NCBI GenBank assembly: GCA_049840735.1
Contig: JASGJN010000022.1
Span: 832,001 to 896,000, forward strand
Direction: 5' to 3'
Length of the DNA stretch: 64,000 bases
Source of the DNA: Anaeromyxobacter sp.
GTDB taxonomy: Bacteria > Myxococcota > Myxococcia > Myxococcales > Anaeromyxobacteraceae
Of this stretch, positions 56,080 through 64,000 are shown piece by piece (within the stretch, counting starts at the first letter, position 1; the number at the start of each line of letters is the position of its first letter). The notes under the pieces were generated by a model. It saw only the letters and a program-made list of their open reading frames with translations, made no database searches and was not told the DNA's origin. Both the position numbers and the translations under genes were made by a program.

Positions 56080-56472
56080 TCAGTTCACCGAATCCAATCC
56101 GTCGGGGAGTGGGCAAAGTTGTCGTTCGTCATCGATGGTGACAACGATGGATTCGGCGACGAATAGCGGCTTCGATTCCGATGGTCGAAATACGTTTTGC
56201 GTAAAGGTCAGACGGTAATCCGAGCCTCGGACGAACTCCGTGCGAACCTCGAGGTCGTCGTGGAGGCAAGCGGGGCGGTTGAACTTGAGTCGCATTTCGA
56301 ACACGACGAAGTACACACCCTTGGCTTGCATGTCGGCCAAGCTGAAGCCCAATTTCCCAAGGAGCTCGGTCCGTGCACGCTCACAGTACTTCAGGTAATT
56401 GGCGTGATACACGATGCCTTGAGCGTCCGTGTCCTCGAGATAGACCTTGGCTGGGAAACGATGAACCGTCAT
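56080..56472 (-). CDS. YbgC/FadM family acyl-CoA thioesterase
   Basis: VYLEDTDAQGIVYHANYLKYCERARTE. Confidence 0.9.
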   Translation of the reverse strand: MTVHRFPAKVYLEDTDAQGIVYHANYLKYCERARTELLGKLGFSLADMQAKGVYFVVFEMRLKFNRPACLHDDLEVRTEFVRGSDYRLTFTQNVFRPSESKPLFVAESIVVTIDDERQLCPLPDGLDSVN

Positions 56473-56552
56473 GGGGCGCCGAAGGCTAGCGCTCCTTTCG
56501 CCGGTTGCCATGAGAACCCCCGAGCGACGCTCGTTCCTTCACGGGTGCGTGT

Positions 56553-57239
56553 CTAGAGCGGGTTTTTCTTGGGTTCACCCGCACGGCGTGGATACTTTTT
56601 CGGCGTGGCGTGGGTTTTGCGGAGCACGAGAACCGTGGCCGTCGGGTGGCGTTCGGAGTGCTCGAGGGTGACTCCGAGGAGACGTTGGGCGTCGGCCGAT
56701 TCAGCGAGTTCGGTCTCGGCGCGCTCACCTTTGACGGCAACGAGTCTGCCGCCCACCTTCAAAAAGGGGACCGTGAGTTCGAGCAGAACGCGCAAGGGTG
56801 CCACGGCGCGTGCCGTTACCAATTCGAAGCTCTCGCGCCGTTTCGCTCCAGCTGCGGCGGCCAGCTCGGCGCGTTCGGCGAGCACTCGAACATTGGTGAG
56901 CCCGAGGGACTTCGCCGTTTGATCGAGAAAACGGGCCTTCTTCTCGGTAGCTTCGAGCAGGGTCACGTCGAGCTGCGGACAAGCAATTGCAATGACGAGC
57001 CCGGGGATTCCTCCGCCCGAACCGACGTCGATGAGGTTTGGAGCGTCTCCGAACAATTTGACGATGCGAAGACTCTCGACGATATGGCGCTGCCACGCCT
57101 CGTCGCGGTTCGAGATCGCGGTGAGATTCATCTCCTCGTTCACGGACAACAATCGATCCAAATAGGTCGTGAGGCGTTGTCGCTGTTCGATGGAGAGCTC
57201 GTCGAGGAGCGCGTCTTCTGTCATCTCAGGGCCGGACAC
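56553..57239 (-). CDS. rsmG: 16S rRNA m7G527 methyltransferase RsmG (GidB)
   Basis: NLTAI, HIVESL, DVGSGGGIPG, KKARFL, RAE, ARAVAPL, YPRRAG.P.K.PL. Confidence 0.95.
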   Translation of the reverse strand: MSGPEMTEDALLDELSIEQRQRLTTYLDRLLSVNEEMNLTAISNRDEAWQRHIVESLRIVKLFGDAPNLIDVGSGGGIPGLVIAIACPQLDVTLLEATEKKARFLDQTAKSLGLTNVRVLAERAELAAAAGAKRRESFELVTARAVAPLRVLLELTVPFLKVGGRLVAVKGERAETELAESADAQRLLGVTLEHSERHPTATVLVLRKTHATPKKYPRRAGEPKKNPL

Positions 57240-57693
57240 GCCGGCTTATCAAGCAGTCGGCCTTCGCCTGCGCAAGGTCCAACGGACGCAGCGGCTCCCC
57301 GGAAAGCCCGTGTGGTTACGTTTCCTTTGGGATTTTCGCGATTCGTCTACGCGGCCGTCCGAACGCGGTCACCGGTCGACAACGGGAAGGCGAGTGCTTT
57401 CTCGGCGCGTGCCGCAGACGAACTCGCTGCACGAGAACTCGCGTGGCCTTGGCCGCGCACGTCAATTCTAGTTTTCATCAAGTTCTTCGTTCTGGGTTCA
57501 TCGTCCGATCATTTTTGCCCTCGACGTGACCGATTCGCATCTCGTGAGGCGACAGGTACGCGTGTCGGACGTACCGGCACGATGAAGCCCCAAAGGAGCC
57601 ATGAAGTCGGTCACTCACGGCCTTTCGACGAGAGTCCACGAGCGTCGTGAATCATTCCGTCTATCGCGGATCCTGGGTGCGAGGAGGAACCAA

Positions 57694-60114
57694 ATGCAGC
57701 GATCTCTCAATTACGTCGGCCTCGTGACCCTCGTGCTCGCCACGATGGGAGCGTGTGCTGTCGATCCCGAGCCGTCTCAGCACGACCAAGCCGAGCAATC
57801 CCTGACGACCAATGGATTCTCCGCCACCTTGTCGCTGACGTCGGATTGGGGCGGTGGCTATTGTGCCGACGTCAAAGTCGCAAACGTCGGAACCACGAAA
57901 ATTACGGCGTGGACAGTCGAAATCGAGCTCGGTGGGGCGACGTTCTCGAGCATGTGGGGAGGCACTGCGACCGTTTCGGGCTCGAAACTGACGGCGATTC
58001 CGGCGAGCTACAATGCGACCCTCGAACCTGGCGCGAGCGGCAGCTTCGGATTTTGCGCCAACGGAACTGCCAGGCCTAGCGTGACGAAGGTGACGCCCAC
58101 GGGCGGCACGTCGGGCACTGGTGGCACGACGTCCACCGGTGGAAGCTCATCCGTCGGCGGCTCGACGAGTGGGACCACGACGGCCAAGGGCGGGAGCGTC
58201 GGTACCGGTGGCACGACGGCCAAGGGTGGCAGCGTCAGCACGGGAGGGACCCCTGGAAGCGGTGGAACCACGAGTGCTGGAGGCTCCGGCGGGACGCCGC
58301 AGGTGAGCGGTCATTACCAGATGGAGAACGTCGACCGTGGCGTTGTCGCGGTCAAGCTCTCGTCCGGGGTCTACGTCGGGTGGCGCATGTTCGGATACGA
58401 ATACGACGCGGCCAATCCGGCGAACGTCGCTTACAACGTCTATCGCGACGGCGCCAAGATTGCCCAGGTCACCAACAGCACCAACTACACGGATGCTGCT
58501 GGCTCGAGTTCGTCGGTCTATACGGTGCGCGCCGTCATTGCTGGCGTCGAGCAAGCCGCTTCCCCGAGCGCCAACGTGTGGGCACAGAATTACTTGCGGG
58601 TCCCCCTCCAGGTGCCCGCTGGGGCAACGACGGATCGCACGGCTTCCGGGCAAACGGACGCCGCCTATACGTACACGGCAAGTGACGCGAGCCCCGGAGA
58701 CTTGAACGGAGACGGCAAGTACGATCTCGTGCTCAAGTGGGATCCGACCAATTCGAAGGACAATTCCCAATCGGGCTTCACTGGGAACGTCTACTTGGAC
58801 GGCTATACCCTGAGCGGCACGCGACTGTTCCGCATCGATCTGGGCAAGAACATCCGCGCCGGCGCTCACTACACCCAATTCGTCGTGTACGACTTCGATG
58901 GCGACGGCAAATCCGAGATTGCCGTCAAGACCGCACCCGGAACGAAGGACGGAACCGGGAAGTATCTGAGTCGCGGACCCGCAGCGAGCGACGATGATTC
59001 CGCAGACTATCGAAACGCGAGCGGATACGTCCTGTCCGGCCCCGAATACCTCACGGTATTCAGCGGTCAGAATGGCGCCGAACTGGCGACTGGAAATTTC
59101 GAGGTTGGTCGCGGCACCGTCTCGAGTTGGGGCGACAGTTACGGCAATCGCGTCGATCGCTTCCTTGCGTCGGCGGCATTCGTCAGCGACGCGGGGGGGC
59201 AGACTGCCAGTGGCAAGCCAGCCATTCTCATGGCCCGCGGCTATTACACCCGCGCGACGATCAGCGCGTATACCTATCGCAACGGAACCCTGAGCAAGAT
59301 CTGGACGGCAGACAGCAACGGAAGCACGGCGTACGCAGGACAGGGTGCCCACAGCATGGTCGTGGCCGACGTCGACAACGACGGTGCGCAAGAGATCATC
59401 TACGGCGCATCGACCGTCGACAGCAACGGTACGCGCAAGTGCTCGACGGGCTTCGGCCATGGCGACGCACTTCACGTGAGTGACTTCGTGCCTTCGCGCG
59501 CGGGGCTCGAGGTCTTCATGCCGCACGAAGACGGGACGCAGCCGACCTGGGATTTCCATGACGCCAACACCTGCACGGTGCTTCAGAAGGGAGCCGTCAC
59601 GGGTGCAGATACGGGCCGTGGGGTCGCTGCGGATATCAGCGCTGCCAATGCCGGCGCGGAGATGTGGACGAACGCCGAGGGACTGCTCTCGGCGGGTTCC
59701 GGTAGCAATGTGGGTAGTAAGCCCGGTTCGGCCAACTTCCTCGTCTTCTGGGACGCTGACGAGCTGCGCGAGCTCGAAAACGGCACGAGCGTCACGAAGT
59801 ACGGCGGGGGTACCCTCGTCAGCTGCAGCGAATGCGCGTCCAACAACGGCACCAAGTCGACTCCGACGCTGACCGCCGATCTCCTCGGCGATTGGCGTGA
59901 AGAGGTCGTTTGGCGCGAGTCGAACAACGCTGCGCTACGCATCTACACGACTACCGCGGCGACGACACGACGCATCTACACCCTGATGCACGATCCCCAA
60001 TACCGTATGCAGGTGAGTTCCGAGCAAACGGCGTACAACCAGCCTCCGCACACCGGATTCTTCATCGGTGGCGGCATGTCCAATCCGCCCAAGCCCGACA
60101 TTTACGTCAAGTAA
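57694..60114 (+). CDS. Rhamnogalacturonan lyase (PL11) lipoprotein with N-terminal CBM2 and Gly/Thr linker
   Basis: Lipobox MGAC; CBM2 (SDWGGGYC...W...W..FGFC); NIRAGAHYTQF, RGYY, HGDALH, DLLGDWREE, TLMHDPQYR; RBS GAGGAGG. Confidence 0.92.
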   Translation: MQRSLNYVGLVTLVLATMGACAVDPEPSQHDQAEQSLTTNGFSATLSLTSDWGGGYCADVKVANVGTTKITAWTVEIELGGATFSSMWGGTATVSGSKLTAIPASYNATLEPGASGSFGFCANGTARPSVTKVTPTGGTSGTGGTTSTGGSSSVGGSTSGTTTAKGGSVGTGGTTAKGGSVSTGGTPGSGGTTSAGGSGGTPQVSGHYQMENVDRGVVAVKLSSGVYVGWRMFGYEYDAANPANVAYNVYRDGAKIAQVTNSTNYTDAAGSSSSVYTVRAVIAGVEQAASPSANVWAQNYLRVPLQVPAGATTDRTASGQTDAAYTYTASDASPGDLNGDGKYDLVLKWDPTNSKDNSQSGFTGNVYLDGYTLSGTRLFRIDLGKNIRAGAHYTQFVVYDFDGDGKSEIAVKTAPGTKDGTGKYLSRGPAASDDDSADYRNASGYVLSGPEYLTVFSGQNGAELATGNFEVGRGTVSSWGDSYGNRVDRFLASAAFVSDAGGQTASGKPAILMARGYYTRATISAYTYRNGTLSKIWTADSNGSTAYAGQGAHSMVVADVDNDGAQEIIYGASTVDSNGTRKCSTGFGHGDALHVSDFVPSRAGLEVFMPHEDGTQPTWDFHDANTCTVLQKGAVTGADTGRGVAADISAANAGAEMWTNAEGLLSAGSGSNVGSKPGSANFLVFWDADELRELENGTSVTKYGGGTLVSCSECASNNGTKSTPTLTADLLGDWREEVVWRESNNAALRIYTTTAATTRRIYTLMHDPQYRMQVSSEQTAYNQPPHTGFFIGGGMSNPPKPDIYVK

Positions 60115-60156
60115 GACCCTGCGGCGTCACTCTGGAGACGGCGCCTCGATCCGGAG

Positions 60157-60237
60157 GCGCCGTCGGGGAGCGGGCAGCGCTCGATGACGACGTGAGAACG
60201 CGCCGTCGGGGAGCGGGCAGCGCTCGATGACGACGTG
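60157..60237. repeat. Two 38-bp direct repeats with 43-bp period, overlapping a GC hairpin (about 60138-60164)
   Basis: GCGCCGTCGGGGAGCGGGCAGCGCTCGATGACGACGTG twice, downstream of the PL11 stop. Confidence 0.85.
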
Positions 60238-60543
60238 GGCAAGCATCGCTTCCGAAGCAGTGCGGCAACTTCGTCATCGATTCTGTGATGGGTAGCGGAG
60301 TCTGAGCAATCCCCGCGGTGTGCGTTGAAGCACATCGTGGGGATTGCGTCGTTTCGTCCGGCGTAATTCCGTGGTTTGCACCCGGACGGAACACTCCGAG
60401 TCGGTGCGTGTTGAAAGAGAACCCAGTATCGCGTGGTCTCGATCCGTGGAGCCCCACGTTTCCTTGACGATTCGCGACGTCTTCAATACGTTCGCACGCT
60501 TCTTCAGGGCGATGGGGCGACCCATCCAGGATGGTGGCAAGGA

Positions 60544-61161
60544 ATGAACACGAGAACGGTCTCGATTTTCTCACTGTTTACGACGGCGTTGGCACTTGCG
60601 GGATGCAATTCGGGCAGTCACGAGGGTGCTCTCGGCAATGATGGGGATCAAGTTACTGGGATTGAGCTCGCCCTGACGTCGACGGGCCTTTCCGGTACGG
60701 AGTATCGCCTCGCGCCGGCGTCTTTCGCGATCCAGCGGGTCGGCAGTTCCGAACCAGCGCAGGTGATCGACGCCAGTGCCGACGAGCGGACCGCGCTCGT
60801 GCCGGTCAGTCCGGGAACCTATTCGGTGTCGCTTCGGTCCGGGTGGCAGCTCAACCGAGTTGCCTCAGGGAACGTCATCGAGCCCATTCCCGCGACATTG
60901 ATCGGCCCAAGCCAGATGGAGGTCTCGGTGAACACCTTCGAGACCACTCCCGTCACGTTTCAGTTTCACACGGGAGAGTCTCAAATGGCCATTGGCGTCC
61001 AGGTGGATGAGGACCCGTCGTCCGGCAGCGATGGATACATCGGCAGCACCGGTTTGGGTCTCTATCGAATCACGTTTTTCAACGGGACCTCTGCTTGCTG
61101 CTTTCCAAGCGTAGCCGAAGCGCGTGCGGCATATCCCGGACTCGAACTCGACGCGTTCTGA
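60544..61161 (+). CDS. Hypothetical lipoprotein
   Basis: MNTRTV...LALAGC lipobox; beta-rich body. Confidence 0.7.
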   Translation: MNTRTVSIFSLFTTALALAGCNSGSHEGALGNDGDQVTGIELALTSTGLSGTEYRLAPASFAIQRVGSSEPAQVIDASADERTALVPVSPGTYSVSLRSGWQLNRVASGNVIEPIPATLIGPSQMEVSVNTFETTPVTFQFHTGESQMAIGVQVDEDPSSGSDGYIGSTGLGLYRITFFNGTSACCFPSVAEARAAYPGLELDAF

Positions 61162-61351
61162 CGGTTTCTTGAATCCGTGCGGTCACGCAGGGCACTCGGC
61201 GGTGTCCTGAGTGCGGCCTGATGGGTCACTGTTCGCGGGAAGTCGCTTCTGAGGGCTTTTGGGGGGAACGACCTCGTGAGCTCGGCGCGGTCCTGCGTTT
61301 GGCGTGCCGATTTCGCGTGACGGACTCCGCGGCAGCCGGGAATATCTGTCC

Positions 61352-61885
61352 ATGGCCTGGTCATCTCGATGCGCAATCGCCTGCGGCCTCATCGCTGGCC
61401 TGCTCTTCGCCTGCAGTTCCACCGAAGACGCGAGTCCCGCCAATGTCGGAGGTGGCGGTCAGAGCTCCGCGGCGGGTGCAACGGCGTCCTTGGGCGGCGC
61501 GTCGACTAACGGTGGAGCGTCGGGTCGTGCCAAGGGCGGCGCCGTTGGCGTGGGCGGAACCCTCGTCAACGGCGGCGGAGCCTCTGGTCTGGGCGGCGGC
61601 GCCGCGGGAAAGGGCGGCGCTTCGGCAGGGAGCGGTGGCACATCGCCCGGCGCCGGGGGAACGACTGCCACAGGGAAGTCCTGTAATCCGGCGGGAGTCA
61701 TCTGCAAGATGGTTGCTCCCAGTTGTCCATCGATGCAAGCCGCCGAGATTGACGCCGCGGGCACCTGCTACACGGGGCAGTGCGTCGCCATTGGTGAGTG
61801 CAGTTGCACCGTCCAGACAGATTGCCCGAACACCGACCTCTACACTTGCCGCAACGACGTCAAGCGCTGCACACCATTCCTCTGA
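61352..61885 (+). CDS. Hypothetical lipoprotein, Gly-rich linker and Cys-rich C-terminal domain
   Basis: LLFAC lipobox; about 10 Cys in the last 70 aa. Confidence 0.7.
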   Translation: MAWSSRCAIACGLIAGLLFACSSTEDASPANVGGGGQSSAAGATASLGGASTNGGASGRAKGGAVGVGGTLVNGGGASGLGGGAAGKGGASAGSGGTSPGAGGTTATGKSCNPAGVICKMVAPSCPSMQAAEIDAAGTCYTGQCVAIGECSCTVQTDCPNTDLYTCRNDVKRCTPFL

Positions 61886-61886
61886 C

Positions 61887-62004
61887 CGCGGCGCATCTTC
61901 GCCGAACGCGCGGCGCATCTTCGCCGAACGCGCGGCGCATCTTCGCCGAACGCGCGGCGCATCTTCGCCGAACGCGCGGCGCATCTTCGCCGAACGCGCG
62001 GCGC
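61887..62004. repeat. Perfect 22-bp tandem repeat (CGCGGCGCATCTTCGCCGAACG), about 5.4 copies
   Basis: Begins 2 bp after the stop codon, between convergent genes. Confidence 0.97.
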
Positions 62005-62128
62005 GAGCCAGCGATGCATCTGGCTCGCGTCAGGTCGTTTTCTCGTATCTCGGTCACGTCGCCATACGTCACGGACGCGGAATCGCCCGAATCACACCGT
62101 TACGTGGCCCTTCGCGAGGTGCGCAGAA

Positions 62129-63034
62129 TCACTTGAAGGACACCGTGACGTCGGCACTTCCGGAGCTCTGGTAGCCCTCGATGACCAAGGAAACCTCGTA
62201 GAAGGTGCCCATGGTCAAGCCGAACTTCTTCCAAGCTTCGAAGTGGGGACCAACGGTGATGGTGCCGCTGGTTCGCTTCTCCTTGCGGACGCTCCAGTAC
62301 TGATAAAAGGTCTTGTTGCCTTCAATCGACGGCTTGTTGTCTCGGAGGCTTTGATAGATGTCGTACGTTCCACCGTCGACGGTGACCGTGCCGAGCGAGT
62401 TGGTGCCTGGTGGACGCCAGTCTCCCCAGCTATCGACGATGTAGTACTCGATGAGCGGGTTTTGCGTCCAACCGTAGATGGCCAAGTAGGAGTTGCCGTT
62501 CGGCTTATAATCCGCGCTGTAGGTCACGATGGGTGAGGTCGAGCCGGGCCGCACCCCCTTGCGCGCGAGGTAGTTGCCGTTCGCCGTGGTCCAACTGGCA
62601 CGGAACCCCTTGGCGGTGTTCGTCATGCACGAGTTGGAGGCATCGGTCCAAATCTCGTAGGTGAGGCCGCAGTGCTTGCCGACCTTGTTGCTGTTTCCGG
62701 AGGCACAGGCTTGAAGATCGGCTTCGGCACAGGTGCTTACGGAGCCGCCGGTCGCGCTGGCTCCGCCGGTACTCGGTGTTCCTCCTTGCGCTACCCCAGT
62801 GCCGGCTCCGCCCGTCGCGCGACCGCCGGTGGCAACGATGCCAGTACCGGCTCCGCCCGTCGCGCGACCGCCGGTCGCAACGACAGTGCCAGCTCCGCCG
62901 GTATTGTTACCGGTCGAGAGTGTGACGCCGCCGGTCCCGGTGGTGCCCGGTTCGAGGCTTGTGCTGGAATCGCCACTGTCGCAGGCGAGTGCGATGAGCA
63001 GGGTCATTGGGACGGTGAGGGCAAGAATGCGCAT
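62129..63034 (-). CDS. Endo-1,4-beta-xylanase GH11, lipoprotein with Gly/Thr linker
   Basis: IALAC lipobox; NSYLAIYGWT.NPLIEYYIVD, PSIEG..TF.QYWSVR, HF.AW, EGYQSSG. Confidence 0.95.
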   Translation of the reverse strand: MRILALTVPMTLLIALACDSGDSSTSLEPGTTGTGGVTLSTGNNTGGAGTVVATGGRATGGAGTGIVATGGRATGGAGTGVAQGGTPSTGGASATGGSVSTCAEADLQACASGNSNKVGKHCGLTYEIWTDASNSCMTNTAKGFRASWTTANGNYLARKGVRPGSTSPIVTYSADYKPNGNSYLAIYGWTQNPLIEYYIVDSWGDWRPPGTNSLGTVTVDGGTYDIYQSLRDNKPSIEGNKTFYQYWSVRKEKRTSGTITVGPHFEAWKKFGLTMGTFYEVSLVIEGYQSSGSADVTVSFK

Positions 63035-63346
63035 GCTGTACCTTGCGCCCTTATGCCCAGAAGTCGACCGTCTGATCACGAGTGGCGTGTCATCCGCTGC
63101 GCCGATCTTGCTCACCTTCCCACATCCGCTCGGCCTGCCCGCGGTTGACAAAGAACGTTCAGGCGCAATGCCGAAGCGTTGCGCCTGAATTCACGGCAAA
63201 TGGACTGCGAGCGGTGACCTGCGCTGGCCTGTGGGCAAAGAACGGTCACCATCGCACGCTCGGTTCCGAGCGTGGTGGGTGTGCGCCACTTGGGCTGGAA
63301 AGGCGACGAGCTCGCCGATCGTGCAGCGGGAGCGACGGCGACGGAT

Positions 63347-64000
63347 TTACTTGAAGGACACGGTCACGTCGGCGGTTCCGGAGCTCTGGTAGCCCTCGAT
63401 GACCAAGGAGACCTCGTAGAAGGTGCCCATGGTCAAGCCGAACTTCTTCCAAGCTTCGAAGTGGGGAGCCACGGTGATGGTGCCGCTGGTGCGCTTCTCC
63501 CTGCGGACGCTCCAATACTGATAGAAGGTCTTGTTGCCTTCGATGGAGGGCTTGTTGTCGCGCAGACTCTGATAAATGTCGTACGTTCCGCCGTCGACCG
63601 TCACCGTGCCGAGCGCGTTGGTGCCTGGTGGACGCCAGGTGCCCCAGCTATCGACGATGTAATACTCGATGAGCGGGTTCTGCGTCCAACCGTAGATGGC
63701 CAAGTACGAATTGCCGTTCGGTTGGTAATTCGCGCTATAGGTCACGACGGGTGAGGTCGAACCGGGGCGCACGCCCTTGCGCGCGAGGTAGTTGCCGTTC
63801 GCCGTGGTCCAGCTGGCACGGAAGCCGTAGGCGGTGTTCGTCATGCACGAGTTGGAGGCATCGGTCCAAATCTCGTAGGTGAGGCCGCAGTGCTTGCCGA
63901 CCTTGTTGCTGTTTCCAGAGGCGCAGGCTTCCAGGTTCGCCTCGGCACAGGTGCTCACGGAGCCGCCAGTGCCGGAGGATCCACCCTTCGCAGATGAACC
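63347..64000 (-). CDS. Second GH11 xylanase, near-identical paralog (5' end beyond the window)
   Basis: Same GH11 motifs with both catalytic Glu; the frame is open to the window edge. Confidence 0.93.
   Translation of the reverse strand, partial: GSSAKGGSSGTGGSVSTCAEANLEACASGNSNKVGKHCGLTYEIWTDASNSCMTNTAYGFRASWTTANGNYLARKGVRPGSTSPVVTYSANYQPNGNSYLAIYGWTQNPLIEYYIVDSWGTWRPPGTNALGTVTVDGGTYDIYQSLRDNKPSIEGNKTFYQYWSVRREKRTSGTITVAPHFEAWKKFGLTMGTFYEVSLVIEGYQSSGTADVTVSFK

Overview
GC-rich bacterial chromosomal segment, most consistent with Myxococcota (Polyangiaceae/Sorangium-like). In order: glnB-glnA; metK with a Lys/Ala-rich C-terminal tail; a two-gene CoA-activase/2-hydroxyacyl-CoA-dehydratase-type operon with PlsA/PlsR (anaerobic ether lipid/plasmalogen) architecture; chemosensory cluster 1 (cheA with two Hpt domains and an MshEN motif, cheW, poly-HAMP MCP, cheR, cheD, HDOD, cheY, cheX-like, cheB); acyltransferase-3; phoA; an ECF sigma/anti-sigma/outer-membrane-protein module followed by a GH8; a Cys-motif histidine kinase; a compact hybrid biosynthetic cluster (2 carrier proteins, KS + CLF-like, B12 radical SAM, stand-alone proline-type adenylation enzyme, KAS III-like, Chlamydia/plant-type FabI); a DUF4388 + Roadblock pair; chemosensory cluster 2 (STAS, F8-like, with degenerate CheD and CheB); yceI, a thioesterase and rsmG; and many Gly/Ser/Thr-linker lipoproteins, including 2 PL11 rhamnogalacturonan lyases and 2 tandem GH11 xylanases. 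Five unrelated-looking intergenic tandem-repeat arrays sit downstream of stop codons. Many genes carry single-base frameshifts, several of them the same GATC->GAATC insertion, which points to long-read consensus errors rather than pseudogenes. All calls come from motif recognition by eye; no database searches were run.
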